64,000 bases of DNA, from NCBI GenBank assembly GCA_016432585.1, contig CP066696.1:388113-452112 (forward strand), given 5' to 3'. Positions 49,727-59,081 of this stretch are shown here, in pieces. Below the pieces are notes generated by a model. That model saw only the letters and a list, made by a program, of their open reading frames with translations. It made no database searches and was not told the DNA's origin. Source of the stretch: Candidatus Saccharimonadota bacterium (GTDB taxonomy: Bacteria; Patescibacteriota; Saccharimonadia; Saccharimonadales; Saccharimonadaceae). Both the position numbers and the translations under genes were made by a program. Each line of letters opens with the position of its first letter. Position 1 is the first letter of the stretch.

Positions 49727-50998
49727 ATGAATACGATTACCTGCACGAAATGTGGCGAAACGATTGAAATAGATAAAGCCCTAGAAGGCCAGATAGAAGC
49801 ACGGGTGCTAGCGGCCGAACGCCACAAGCACGACGAAGAGGTAGCGAAAATGCGTGCCGAGCAAGAGGCGACAATTGCCAAAGAGCGTGCCGCGGCTAGC
49901 GAACTGGCAAACAAGCAACTGGCGGGTGAAAAGGAACTACTTCGCAAACAGGCCGAAGCCGATCTAGAGCTAGAAAAGAAAAAGATTATTCAGGATGCCG
50001 AAAACCAGCAGCGCCGTGCCTCGCAGGAACAAGAGGCGTTGATAAAGCGCCTGCAAGACGACGCCGATAGCGCCAAAGAAGATAACAAAAAACTTCGCGA
50101 AGACCTGAGTAAGCTGATGGATGAGCTGCGGGCAAGCCAAAAAGCCCGCGACAACGCCGAACTAGAGGCAAAAAAGAAAATGGCCGAAGAAGAGGCAAAA
50201 ATTCGCGACGAAGTGCAAAAAACAGCTGACGAAAAGCAGCGCCTTAACTTGGCGGCGAAAGAAAAGACTATTACCGATCTTCAAAAAGCACTCGACGATG
50301 CTCAGCGTAAGGCCGCCCAAGGTAGTCAGCAGCTTCAGGGTGAGATATTGGAGCTTGATTTAGAGGAAGCACTGGCGCAGAACTTCCGCGACGACGAAAT
50401 CTCGCCGATAGCTAAAGGCGTCAATGGCGCCGATATCAGCCACACGGTAAAAAGCCAAAGTGGCATAGAATGTGGCGTGATTTTGTGGGAAATAAAGCGC
50501 ACGAAAAACTGGACAGACAGCTGGATTCCTAAATTAAAGGGCGATCTGCGTAGTGCAAAAGCAAATATTCCTGTAATTATTAGCGAGGTGTTGCCTAAGC
50601 AGCTAGAGAGCGACATGGGCTATGTTGACGGCGTGTGGGTAGTAAAGCCAAAGCTGGCTATAATTCTTGCCACGCTGCTTCGTAAGAACCTGCTCGACAT
50701 AAAACGCCAAGAGGTTCGTGCGGCCAACCAAGACGAAAACGCCGCGGCTTTGTATACGTTTGTCACGAGCCACGAGTTTAGCCAGCAGATCGAAAGTATG
50801 GTAGAAACCTACCAAGAGATGACTGCGCAGGTAACGAAAGAGCGTGTCGCGTACGAAAAGCTGTGGGCGCAGCGTGACAAACAGGCACAAAAACTACTAC
50901 TAAGTACTGCAAATATTGTTGGCAGTATGCAGGGTCATATTGGCGCCTCAAGTATGCCAAAAATCAAAGGGCTCGAGCTTGGCGAGGGCGAGCTTTAG
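49727..50998 (+). CDS. DUF2130-like coiled-coil protein
   Basis: ITCTKCG.., long coiled coil, QGSQQLQGEILE, ILWEIKRTKNW..WIPKLK. Confidence 0.88.
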   Translation: MNTITCTKCGETIEIDKALEGQIEARVLAAERHKHDEEVAKMRAEQEATIAKERAAASELANKQLAGEKELLRKQAEADLELEKKKIIQDAENQQRRASQEQEALIKRLQDDADSAKEDNKKLREDLSKLMDELRASQKARDNAELEAKKKMAEEEAKIRDEVQKTADEKQRLNLAAKEKTITDLQKALDDAQRKAAQGSQQLQGEILELDLEEALAQNFRDDEISPIAKGVNGADISHTVKSQSGIECGVILWEIKRTKNWTDSWIPKLKGDLRSAKANIPVIISEVLPKQLESDMGYVDGVWVVKPKLAIILATLLRKNLLDIKRQEVRAANQDENAAALYTFVTSHEFSQQIESMVETYQEMTAQVTKERVAYEKLWAQRDKQAQKLLLSTANIVGSMQGHIGASSMPKIKGLELGEGEL

Positions 50999-51103
50999 TA
51001 AAATGTAACATCAGTTCACCTCTGGGCGGCGTAGGTATAGCGTATATTGCATGCGCTTAAAAATCAGCCTATACTAAAACTACAAATTAAGGAGGACAGG
51101 GAC

Positions 51104-51316
51104 GTGAAAGCAATCCATGTAACAGCTCTAGCACTAGTAGTAATTGGGGCGTTAAACTGGGGACTAGTTGGCTTCTTCGACTACAACTTGGTTGATGCGC
51201 TCTTTGGCGAAGGATCGACCCTATCGCGTGTGGTATATGCACTTGTGGGGCTTGCGGCACTCGTTGTTGTAGGCATGAAATTCATGCACTCCAAAGACGA
51301 ACACGCAGCAATGTAG
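51104..51316 (+). CDS. DUF378 small membrane protein
   Basis: LVVIGALNWGLVG.F.YNLV..LFG....SRVVYALVG; SD GGAGG. Confidence 0.9.
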   Translation: MKAIHVTALALVVIGALNWGLVGFFDYNLVDALFGEGSTLSRVVYALVGLAALVVVGMKFMHSKDEHAAM

Positions 51317-51326
51317 TATGTTGCGG

Positions 51327-51357
51327 AAAAAGCCGGCATTACAGCCGGCTTTTTTGT
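51327..51357 (+). terminator. Intrinsic terminator
   Basis: AAAAAGCCGGC-ATTACA-GCCGGCTTTTTT. Confidence 0.85.
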
Positions 51358-51392
51358 TATAAAATAAACTGCGTAACAAAGGAGTGTCTGGC

Positions 51393-52055
51393 ATGAAAAA
51401 TTCTCTCAGAAATAATGGCCTTGCGACCGCGATGTTTGCTATTTTTGCCGTATCTATTGTTGGCATGAGTCTGGCGGGATGGAGCTCGGAAAACGAAGAT
51501 CGCGCGGAACATGGCCGAACGTCCCAAGGCTATGTCGAATATATTACCAGTGGCTCGTACATTGAGGCCGTATTTGAAAACTGGGAGAGCGAGTTTTTGC
51601 AAATGTGGGCGCTTGTGATCCTTACGGTCTTCTTATATCAGAAAGGCTCAACCGACTCCAAGCCGCTTCGTGGCAAAGCGTCGCAAGACACGTCATCGCG
51701 GTACTCAATCATTGAGGCAGACTCGTGGCATAAACGCGGAAAAGCTATCGTGCATGGCTTATACGCACATTCGCTGGGAATCGCTCTGTTTGGTATTTTT
51801 ATTGCGTCGTTTGCGCTTCATGCCGTAGGCGGTGCGCAGGCATACAACGAGCTAGCGGTGCTTCATGGAGGTGAAGCAATGAGCGTGTTTGGCTATTTGG
51901 GTACGTCACAGTTTTGGTTTGAGTCGCTTCAAAACTGGCAGAGTGAATTTTTGGCGGTGGGAGCGCTGCTTGTTCTTTCGATTTACCTTCGGGAGCGCGG
52001 CTCGCAGCAATCCAAGCCAGTGGGCCGGCGCTACGATCACAAAACAGGCGAATAA
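51393..52055 (+). CDS. Membrane protein with internal duplication (DUF6766-like)
   Basis: Two repeats: FENWESEFLQ...QKGS.DSK and LQNWQSEFLA...ERGS.QSKP. Confidence 0.85.
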   Translation: MKNSLRNNGLATAMFAIFAVSIVGMSLAGWSSENEDRAEHGRTSQGYVEYITSGSYIEAVFENWESEFLQMWALVILTVFLYQKGSTDSKPLRGKASQDTSSRYSIIEADSWHKRGKAIVHGLYAHSLGIALFGIFIASFALHAVGGAQAYNELAVLHGGEAMSVFGYLGTSQFWFESLQNWQSEFLAVGALLVLSIYLRERGSQQSKPVGRRYDHKTGE

Positions 52056-52057
52056 AA

Positions 52058-52081
52058 ATACCCCGCTCTACGCGGGGTATT
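52058..52081. terminator. Bidirectional terminator
   Basis: AATACCCCGC-TCTAC-GCGGGGTATT. Confidence 0.8.
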
Positions 52082-52088
52082 CGGTATG

Positions 52089-52157
52089 TTAGACGGTCGC
52101 TTTGGTGTCTTTCTTTTTCTTTTTTACTTCTCTGCGTTTGTCTTGGGTTTTGGCCAT
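52089..52157 (-). CDS. Unannotated 22-aa Lys-rich peptide MAKTQDKRREVKKKKKDTKATV
   Basis: SD AAAAGGA before ATG; TGCTATACT about 95 nt upstream; terminator right after stop. Confidence 0.65.
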   Translation of the reverse strand: MAKTQDKRREVKKKKKDTKATV

Positions 52158-52337
52158 GGTGTATCCTTTTCGATTTAGATTTACGGTTATTTTTTGAAAA
52201 AGATTCTTACCTTTTCATGTCGGTAATAGCTCCATTACTGTGTACTGTATAGTATAGCAAATCTACCGCAACTTTGCGTGGCCTAAACCATAAGTATTAT
52301 AATAAGTAAGAGGTAAAAGCCTAAATGGAGATATGCA

Positions 52338-53237
52338 ATGAATGATACTGATCAATACAAGATGCAAGACCCCGTAAAGCAATACCCCGTGTTGGATATT
52401 CCCGAGCAGTCGCAGCCCGAGCCGGGGCTCGATGCAAAACTTATTCCGCTCGCCGACCACGGAGTTATGACCTATAGAGGGTCTGACCGGCTAAAAGGTC
52501 GTAGGGCGCTTATAACCGGCGCAGATTCCGGCATAGGCCGAGCTGTGGCAATAGCGTACGCGCGCGAAGGAGCCGATGTTATGCTTAATTACCTTCCGGT
52601 TGAGGAGCAAGATGCGCAGGAGACGGCGCGCTACTGCGAAGAGGCGGGCGTGAAAGTAGCGACCTGCGAAGGCGACATTAGCTCGGAAGAGTTTTGCGAT
52701 ACGCTCATTAAGGCGACGGTAGATGAGCTGGGCGGAATCGATATACTCGTTAACAACGCGGGCAAGCAGGTGTATGTCGAGGACATTGCCGACCTCAGCA
52801 CCGAGCAGCTTCGCAAGACGTTTGAGGTGAATATATTTGCAATGTTTTGGCTAAGTAAGCGCGCGCTACAGCATATGCCAAAGGGTAGCACGATTATAAA
52901 TACGACGTCTATTCAGGCGTATCAGCCGTCGCCAGGACTTTTAGATTACGCCTCTACCAAGGCGGCGATCGTTGCCTTTACGCACGGCCTCGCAAAGCAG
53001 GTGGCGCCAAAAGGTATCCGCGTTAATGCAGTTGCGCCTGGTCCAATATGGACGCCGCTTCAGCCAAGCTACGGCCAGCCGCAAGAAAAACTCACAAAGT
53101 TTGGCCAAAACGTACCGCTAGGGCGACCAGGTCAGCCTGCCGAAGTAGCGCCCGCATTTGTGTTTCTTGCTTCGCAGGAATCAAGCTACACAACGGGCGA
53201 GGTTATCGGTGTGACCGGCGGCAATCACTTGCCATAG
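52338..53237 (+). CDS. SDR oxidoreductase (YghA/YhdF general-stress type)
   Basis: [42 protein letters not shown]. Confidence 0.93.
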   Translation: MNDTDQYKMQDPVKQYPVLDIPEQSQPEPGLDAKLIPLADHGVMTYRGSDRLKGRRALITGADSGIGRAVAIAYAREGADVMLNYLPVEEQDAQETARYCEEAGVKVATCEGDISSEEFCDTLIKATVDELGGIDILVNNAGKQVYVEDIADLSTEQLRKTFEVNIFAMFWLSKRALQHMPKGSTIINTTSIQAYQPSPGLLDYASTKAAIVAFTHGLAKQVAPKGIRVNAVAPGPIWTPLQPSYGQPQEKLTKFGQNVPLGRPGQPAEVAPAFVFLASQESSYTTGEVIGVTGGNHLP

Positions 53238-53241
53238 TTAC

Positions 53242-53272
53242 AAAAACACCCCGCCGTAAAAGCGGGGTGTTT
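53242..53272. terminator. Bidirectional terminator
   Basis: AAAACACCCCGC-CGTAAAA-GCGGGGTGTTTT. Confidence 0.85.
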
Positions 53273-53286
53273 TAGCTATCTTAAAG

Positions 53287-53679
53287 TTATCCAACAATCT
53301 TAACAAGTTCGATATCGAATACGAGATCGGAATTTGGCGGAATGTTTGCTGCCGCACGAACTGATCCGTAGGCTTTAGCGGCCGGGATAACAAGCCTGCG
53401 AATGCCGCCAACTTTCATACCGGGAACGCCTTCGCCCCAGCCGGCGATAACTTGGTCAAGTCCAAAAGTGATTGAATCGCCGAAATCGTGCGAGCTTTGA
53501 AAAATCGTTCCATCTTTGCAAAGTGCGCCGGTGTAATGCGCGTTTATTGTGGCGTGTGGCTGTACTTCGTCGCCGTCGCCCTGTTTGATGTCAATGATCT
53601 GCAATTCCGGTACCGACGCAACTGGCGTAAAATCAGCTAGCTTAGTTCCTTCGAGTTTTGATGGGGTGTCGTTGTTCAT
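53287..53679 (-). CDS. Cytoplasmic FKBP-type PPIase
   Basis: HYTG, FQSS, VIAGWGEGVPGMKVGGIRRLVIP, IPPNSDLVFDIEL. Confidence 0.93.
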   Translation of the reverse strand: MNNDTPSKLEGTKLADFTPVASVPELQIIDIKQGDGDEVQPHATINAHYTGALCKDGTIFQSSHDFGDSITFGLDQVIAGWGEGVPGMKVGGIRRLVIPAAKAYGSVRAAANIPPNSDLVFDIELVKIVG

Positions 53680-53756
53680 CTTTCTATAGTAACAAACAAC
53701 AGGGCGGTTTTGCGATGATGAAGAGACACGAGTAAAATAGTAATAGGGAGGTATTT

Positions 53757-54101
53757 ATGAATGTAAACGACACAAGAAAAGAAGTGCAACGTCTGCAGAT
53801 TAATGCCGACGATAAGCGCAAACAGGCACAAAAATTGACAGAGAATCTTGCTAGACCCGATGTTCTAAGCGACCTAGATAAGGCCGGGGCTGTTCGCTCC
53901 GAGGCGGATAAGCTGATCGATGAGGCTGAGCGCCTTGCGCGAGATGCGGCAGAGAAGGATCGGCAGGCATTAGAGCTTGAGCGTCGCGCTCAAGACATAG
54001 AGCGGCAGCAGGCCGAGCTCGACAAGCAGCATAAAAGCGAGATGGATAAGCTGGAGCGTGAGAAAAACGCGCTGCGAGGAACGATTGGATCAATCTTTTA
54101 A
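53757..54101 (+). CDS. Charged coiled-coil hypothetical protein
   Basis: SD GGGAGG; highly charged helical sequence. Confidence 0.75.
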   Translation: MNVNDTRKEVQRLQINADDKRKQAQKLTENLARPDVLSDLDKAGAVRSEADKLIDEAERLARDAAEKDRQALELERRAQDIERQQAELDKQHKSEMDKLEREKNALRGTIGSIF

Positions 54102-54116
54102 ATGTAGGAGGGATAT

Positions 54117-54344
54117 ATGCCATACAAATCTAAAAGCGAGCTGCCCGAAAGCGTGCGAAACGTTTTACCCGACCACGCGCAGGGAATTTACAAAGAGGCA
54201 TTTAACAGTGCCTACGATGAATACGACAAGCCCGAAGAGCGCAGAGGTGATGCTGATCGCGAAGAGGTAGCGCATAAAGTAGCCTGGGCTGCTGTAAAAA
54301 AGAAGTACGAAAAAGGTGCCGACGATAAGTGGCATGAAAAGTAG
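54117..54344 (+). CDS. chaB: ChaB family protein
   Basis: MPY....LP..V...LP.HAQ.IY..AFNSA...AH.VAWAAVK..Y.K. Confidence 0.93.
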   Translation: MPYKSKSELPESVRNVLPDHAQGIYKEAFNSAYDEYDKPEERRGDADREEVAHKVAWAAVKKKYEKGADDKWHEK

Positions 54345-54933
54345 CCAAGACCCGTTCGCGATACTTAATGATTCGGTAGATGTTGTAGCCCAGCGACTGC
54401 TTGGCTGCGAGCTTGTCCGCGAAATAGACGGCCAGACAGTGCGCGTAAGAATCGTTGAAACCGAAGCGTACGATCAGACCGATGCGGCAAGCCACAGTTA
54501 CAAAGGTAAGACGCCGCGCACCGAGATAATGTTTGGTCCCAGCGGGCATTTGTATGTGTATTTTACCTATGGCATGCACTATTGCTGCAATGTAGTGGTG
54601 GGCGAGGTGGGCTACGGCGCAGCGGTGCTTATTCGGGCGGTAGAGCCAATCGAAGGTGAGGACGCTATGGCGGCGCAGAGACCCTATAAAAATGGCATTG
54701 AGTTAACGAACGGTCCATCGAAATTGTGTCAGGCCCTTGGTATCGACCGTAAAATGAACGGCCATGATCTTCATGAACCTCCGTTTCGGCTTGTTATACA
54801 ACCAAAGCGTCCGCAAGCAGAGATTGTGACGACAAAGCGCGTAGGGATCAGTCAGGCAAAAGAGACGCTATGGCGGTACTATCTACAGGGTAATCCGTAT
54901 GTGTCGGGTAAGCACAGGCACATTGACAAATAA
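54334..54933 (+). CDS. 3-methyladenine DNA glycosylase (MPG/AAG family)
   Basis: IVETEAY, D.ASH, YVYFTYGMHYC.N, AVLIRA.EP, NGPSKLCQAL, RVGIS. Confidence 0.94.
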   Translation: MKSSQDPFAILNDSVDVVAQRLLGCELVREIDGQTVRVRIVETEAYDQTDAASHSYKGKTPRTEIMFGPSGHLYVYFTYGMHYCCNVVVGEVGYGAAVLIRAVEPIEGEDAMAAQRPYKNGIELTNGPSKLCQALGIDRKMNGHDLHEPPFRLVIQPKRPQAEIVTTKRVGISQAKETLWRYYLQGNPYVSGKHRHIDK

Positions 54934-54950
54934 TAAATAAGGAGTATAAT
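54923..54950 (+). promoter_or_regulatory. Consensus sigma70 promoter of a GC-rich short transcript
   Basis: TTGACA-16-TATAAT. Confidence 0.8.
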
Positions 54951-55016
54951 AAACAAAGGAAGTCCATCCGACTGTCGCCATAACTGGCGCTCTCTAGAGA
55001 TTGAGGTTGAGTAGCT

Positions 55017-55178
55017 GTGCTGCAGACATTGCTTGCGCTCTACTATCAGCTCACGGGGCAACGTGGGCGCACGCCCGAAGAACCCGAGGTCCCCATGCGG
55101 ATCATCGAAGTTCCTTCGCCGTTCTACCGCCACCCGCCGTCTCTCCAGCTCGTTCCCGACACACGCCCCCAGGGGTAA
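55017..55178 (+). CDS. Unannotated GC-rich 53-aa Pro-rich ORF (MLQTLLALYYQLTGQRGRTPEEPEVPMRIIEVPSPFYRHPPSLQLVPDTRPQG)
   Basis: GTG start with GAGGT SD; between consensus promoter and strong hairpin; GC-ending codons. Confidence 0.55.
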   Translation: MLQTLLALYYQLTGQRGRTPEEPEVPMRIIEVPSPFYRHPPSLQLVPDTRPQG

Positions 55179-55207
55179 GTGTCGCGGTGAGCGACGAATG
55201 GGCAACT

Positions 55208-55248
55208 TGCCGTCACCTGCGCGAATTTGCGTGGGTGACGGCATATTT
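55208..55248 (+). terminator. Long terminator-like hairpin
   Basis: TGCCGTCACCTGCGCG-AATT-TGCGTGGGTGACGGCA-TATTT. Confidence 0.8.
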
Positions 55249-55252
55249 GCTA

Positions 55253-55318
55253 TTGCATGCCTGCTACGTTGGCTGTATACTATGGACAGTACATTCCGGC
55301 CGGCAGGTCGGATTTTTT
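55253..55318 (+). promoter_or_regulatory. nusA promoter and leader attenuator hairpin
   Basis: TTGCAT-17-TATACT; then TCCGGCC-GGCA-GGTCGGA-TTTTTT before the SD. Confidence 0.7.
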
Positions 55319-55340
55319 CATAGAAGAAAGGAATTCACTT

Positions 55341-56468
55341 ATGGAAGATATCAACGTTAAACAACTTACTCTCGCTGTCCGTACGATTGCCGAGGAAAAA
55401 AACCTCCCCGAAGAAACGGTCATGGCGGTTATTGAACAGGCTATTGCAGCTGCATGGCGCCGCGACAACGGTGAGCGCGACCAAGAAGTTCGTGCCGAGC
55501 TAAACACAGTAGACGGTACGGCGAACGTATTCGTATCACGCGAAGTAGTAGAAGAAGTCGGTAGCGAATCTGTCGAGATTAGTCTTGAAGATGCCCGCAA
55601 AGTAAAAGCAGACGCCGAAATCGGTGATTCAATCGAGGAAAAGCACGAAGTTGTATCATTTGGTCGCGTTGCTGCGCAAACAGCAAAGCAGGTCGTGTTG
55701 CAGCGTCTTCGCGAAGCAGAGCGTGAAGTCGTTCTTGAAGAATACGAAGACAAGATCGGCACAATCGTAACCGGTACTGTTCAGCGTGTTGAGCCACGTG
55801 TTATTCGTGTTGAGCTTGGCAAAGCAACCGGTATTATTCCGCAGAGCGAACAGATTCAGGGCGAGTTTTACAGTATTGGTTCACGTATCAAGGTGTTTAT
55901 TAAAGATATCGAGCGCGATAACCGCGGCCCTCAGCTTATCCTTTCTCGCGGCAACGAAGCATTTGTCGAGCACCTATTCCGCCAAGAAGTTCCCGAAATG
56001 GAAACTGGCGCAGTAGAAATCAAAGCAATTGCCCGCGAAGCTGGTCGCCGCACGAAGCTTGCTGTTCGCAGCAACGTACCTGGCGTTGACCCTGTTGGCA
56101 CGTTTGTTGGTGGACACGGAACTCGTGTTCAGGCGGTTATGAACGAAATTGGCGATCAAGAAAAGATCGACATCATTACGTTCGACGAAGGGTCAGAGCA
56201 GTTTATCCGTAACGCACTAAGCCCAGCCGAAGTCTCAAGCGTTGTTATCGACGAAGCCGCAAAGCGCGCAAAGGTGTTTGTTGCTGAAGACCAGCAGTCT
56301 ATCGCTATTGGTCGTGGTGGCCAAAACGTTCGCCTTGCAAGCCGTCTTACTGGCTACGAACTTGATATTGAAACGGCCGTTCCTGCTGAAAAACCAGCAG
56401 AAGCAAAGCCTCGCAAGAATATTGAAGACAGCCTAATGAGCGCTGTTGAAGAGTCGACCGAAGACTAG
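55341..56468 (+). CDS. nusA: Transcription termination factor NusA
   Basis: FGRVAAQTAKQV..Q..REAER, S1, EVPE, AREAG.RTK, AIGRGGQNVRLA. Confidence 0.97.
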   Translation: MEDINVKQLTLAVRTIAEEKNLPEETVMAVIEQAIAAAWRRDNGERDQEVRAELNTVDGTANVFVSREVVEEVGSESVEISLEDARKVKADAEIGDSIEEKHEVVSFGRVAAQTAKQVVLQRLREAEREVVLEEYEDKIGTIVTGTVQRVEPRVIRVELGKATGIIPQSEQIQGEFYSIGSRIKVFIKDIERDNRGPQLILSRGNEAFVEHLFRQEVPEMETGAVEIKAIAREAGRRTKLAVRSNVPGVDPVGTFVGGHGTRVQAVMNEIGDQEKIDIITFDEGSEQFIRNALSPAEVSSVVIDEAAKRAKVFVAEDQQSIAIGRGGQNVRLASRLTGYELDIETAVPAEKPAEAKPRKNIEDSLMSAVEESTED

Positions 56469-56490
56469 TTTTAGGCCGCTCAAAAAAAGA

Positions 56491-56517
56491 TTAGCACTCG
56501 CTTGACGTGAGTGCTAA
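56491..56517. promoter_or_regulatory. CIRCE operator (HrcA site) overlapping the clpC -35
   Basis: Perfect TTAGCACTC-N9-GAGTGCTAA with TTGACG in the spacer; TATACT downstream. Confidence 0.95.
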
Positions 56518-56600
56518 TTTTTATATATACTAAGTATAGTGAAAGCGTAAAGTAATTAAAAACGCTTGCGCAAGGTTTAGGGAGGACTGATAATAAAACT

Positions 56601-59081
56601 ATGGCCGATGAATTCGCCGAATTTGTATCACATTTGACCGAAAACGCGCGTATCAGTTTGCAACACGCGGATGCTATTGCGCGTGGCTACGGCAGCGCTT
56701 ATATCGGCACCGAACACCTCCTTTTGGGCGTTTTGGCGCAGGGTTCATCTGTGGGCGCTAAGGTTCTTGCCGATGCCGGCGTGACGCTCGATAGGGCTGA
56801 ACTTGCGCTTAATCTTACGCCGCGCACGCTTATTGTTAGCACCGGCGCCAAAGGTCTTTCGGAAACCGCCAAGCTTACCCTCAAAATGAGCTGGGAAATC
56901 GCTCAGGAGTTTCATCAGGATAGCCTTGGCACCGAGCATATTTTGTATAGTATTCTTACGCAAAAAAACGCTCGTGCTACGGTACTTTTGCGCGACATGA
57001 ATGTTGATGTTAGTGAGCTTATCAGTGATCTGGAAGACTTTTTCGGCAGGCAGAACAACGACGCCTATATGTCGGAAGACGCCCAGTCAACTCAAACGAA
57101 AAAGCAAAAAACAAAGGGCGGAGCGCTAGAGACCTTTGGAACTGATTTAACTGCGCGCGCAAAAGCGGGTAACCTCGACCCTGTTATTGGGCGTGATAGC
57201 GAAGAAGAGCGTATGGTGACGATTCTTAGTCGTCGCACCAAGAATAACCCTGTGCTTATTGGCGAGCCGGGTGTTGGCAAGACCGCAATTGTTGAAGGCC
57301 TGGCGCAGCGTATTGCGCGCGAGGACGTACCTGATCATCTGCTAGATAAGCGCGTAATTCAGCTTGATCTTGCCGCTATGATTGCCGGCACAAAGTACCG
57401 CGGTGAGTTTGAGGAGCGTCTTAAGAAGGTGGTTGATGAGCTGCGCCAGCAAAAGAACGTTATTATATTTATCGACGAGCTTCATTTGCTTGTGGGCGCG
57501 GGTGCTGCCGAGGGTGCGTTAGATGCCGCAAATATGTTAAAGCCTGCGCTGGCTCGTGGTGAGTTGCACATGATTGGCGCGACGACATTCGACGAATACC
57601 GCAAGCATATCGAAAAAGACGCGGCGCTCGACCGCAGGTTTCAGTCAATTATCGTGGGCGAGCCAAACCTTAAGGATACGATTGCTATTCTAAAAGGCCT
57701 CCGTTCGTACTACGAAAAACACCACGGCGTATCCATGAGCGACGAAATACTCGAAGATGCCGTATATATGGCCGACCGCTACGTGAGTGAGCGGTTTATG
57801 CCCGACAAAGCGATCGATGTTATAGACGAAGCGGCCGCTTTGGTGCGCGTGAAGGCTGGGCATAAGCCAAGTCGTGTTCGTGATTTTACAAAACAGTTGA
57901 AAAACCTGAATGAAAAAATGGAAGATGCCGTTGCAAGTGAAGATTACGAACGAGCGGCGCTTTACAAGACCCGTATCAGCCAAATCACCAAACAGCTCGA
58001 TGAGGCAAAGATAGATCTGGAAAAAAAGACGCCTATCACATTAAAAGACGACGATATCGCGCATGCTATTTCGACCATGACAGGTATTCCGGTAAAGCGC
58101 GTTCAAAAGTCTGAAGCCAAGTTGCTTCGCTCGCTCGAAAAACACCTTGGTCGCTATATTATTGGGCAAAAAGAGGCTGTCGAAAAGGTTGCGCGTGCTA
58201 TTAGGCGCAGCCGAAGTGGCGTTGCTAGCAATAAGCGCCCAATTGGTTCATTCGTATTTATGGGCCCGACTGGTGTCGGTAAGACTGAGCTTGCCAAGGT
58301 AGTGGCGCGCGAAGTGTTCGGTAGTGATGACGCACTTATCAAGATCGACATGAGCGAGTTTGGTGAACGACACAACACGAGCCGCCTATTGGGTGCGCCG
58401 GCCGGTTATATAGGCTACGAAGACGGTGGCCAGTTGACTGATAAAATTCGCCGTCAACCATACAGTGTTGTGCTGTTCGATGAGATCGAAAAGGCTCACC
58501 CAGAGGTATTCCAGTTGCTACTTCAGTTACTCGAAGAAGGAAAACTGACCGACGCAAAGGGGCGAAGCGTCGACTTTACGAACGCGATCATTATCCTTAC
58601 GAGCAACCTCGGCGCCGATCGCATGATGAAAGAGTCGAGCCTTGGCTTTCATGCAGCGGGTAAGTCGGACGAGAAGAAACTCGACGAAGCGCACGAAGAA
58701 AACGCGGCTGCCGCAAAGGATGCACTATCGAAGATGATGCGCCCTGAGCTGATTAACCGATTCGATAGTATTGTGACTTTCCGTGCGCTAACACGAAAAG
58801 AAGTCAGCAAGATTTTCGATAATCTCATTGAAGAGCTACAAGATAGGCTTATTCATAAAGGTATTCATCTTGTCGTAAAACCTGCTGCGAAAAAGTTCTT
58901 GATTGCAAAAGGCTACGACGAAAAATTCGGCGCACGGCCTCTTAGGCGCGCTATTCAAGATGAACTTGAGCATGTTATTGCCGACGGCATTCTTTCGGGA
59001 GCGTACGAAAAAGGCAGTGTTCTTGAAGCAACGGCACAAAAAGGCGCTATAATAGTAACTGTTAAGCATGAAGCAGCATAA
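56601..59081 (+). CDS. clpC: ATP-dependent Clp protease ATPase subunit ClpC
   Basis: Two Clp-N repeats (GTEH), [11 protein letters not shown]-like [18 protein letters not shown] ClpP-docking loop. Confidence 0.93.
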   Translation: MADEFAEFVSHLTENARISLQHADAIARGYGSAYIGTEHLLLGVLAQGSSVGAKVLADAGVTLDRAELALNLTPRTLIVSTGAKGLSETAKLTLKMSWEIAQEFHQDSLGTEHILYSILTQKNARATVLLRDMNVDVSELISDLEDFFGRQNNDAYMSEDAQSTQTKKQKTKGGALETFGTDLTARAKAGNLDPVIGRDSEEERMVTILSRRTKNNPVLIGEPGVGKTAIVEGLAQRIAREDVPDHLLDKRVIQLDLAAMIAGTKYRGEFEERLKKVVDELRQQKNVIIFIDELHLLVGAGAAEGALDAANMLKPALARGELHMIGATTFDEYRKHIEKDAALDRRFQSIIVGEPNLKDTIAILKGLRSYYEKHHGVSMSDEILEDAVYMADRYVSERFMPDKAIDVIDEAAALVRVKAGHKPSRVRDFTKQLKNLNEKMEDAVASEDYERAALYKTRISQITKQLDEAKIDLEKKTPITLKDDDIAHAISTMTGIPVKRVQKSEAKLLRSLEKHLGRYIIGQKEAVEKVARAIRRSRSGVASNKRPIGSFVFMGPTGVGKTELAKVVAREVFGSDDALIKIDMSEFGERHNTSRLLGAPAGYIGYEDGGQLTDKIRRQPYSVVLFDEIEKAHPEVFQLLLQLLEEGKLTDAKGRSVDFTNAIIILTSNLGADRMMKESSLGFHAAGKSDEKKLDEAHEENAAAAKDALSKMMRPELINRFDSIVTFRALTRKEVSKIFDNLIEELQDRLIHKGIHLVVKPAAKKFLIAKGYDEKFGARPLRRAIQDELEHVIADGILSGAYEKGSVLEATAQKGAIIVTVKHEAA

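Noticed and set aside
54957..55318. Possible RNase P RNA, tmRNA or SRP RNA (GGAAGTCC start, about 350 nt, paired ends)
   Set aside because: Lacks the full GAGGAAAGTCC and 3' ACAGAA..CGGC motifs, tRNA-like ends and the SRP loop. An internal ORF, terminator and second promoter explain it better. An Rfam scan would settle it.
54879..55360. ORF-track ORFs 54879-55244 (-), 55001-55360 and 55033-55323
   Set aside because: They cross the terminator or promoters and have biased composition; the 55017-55178 frame fits the signals better
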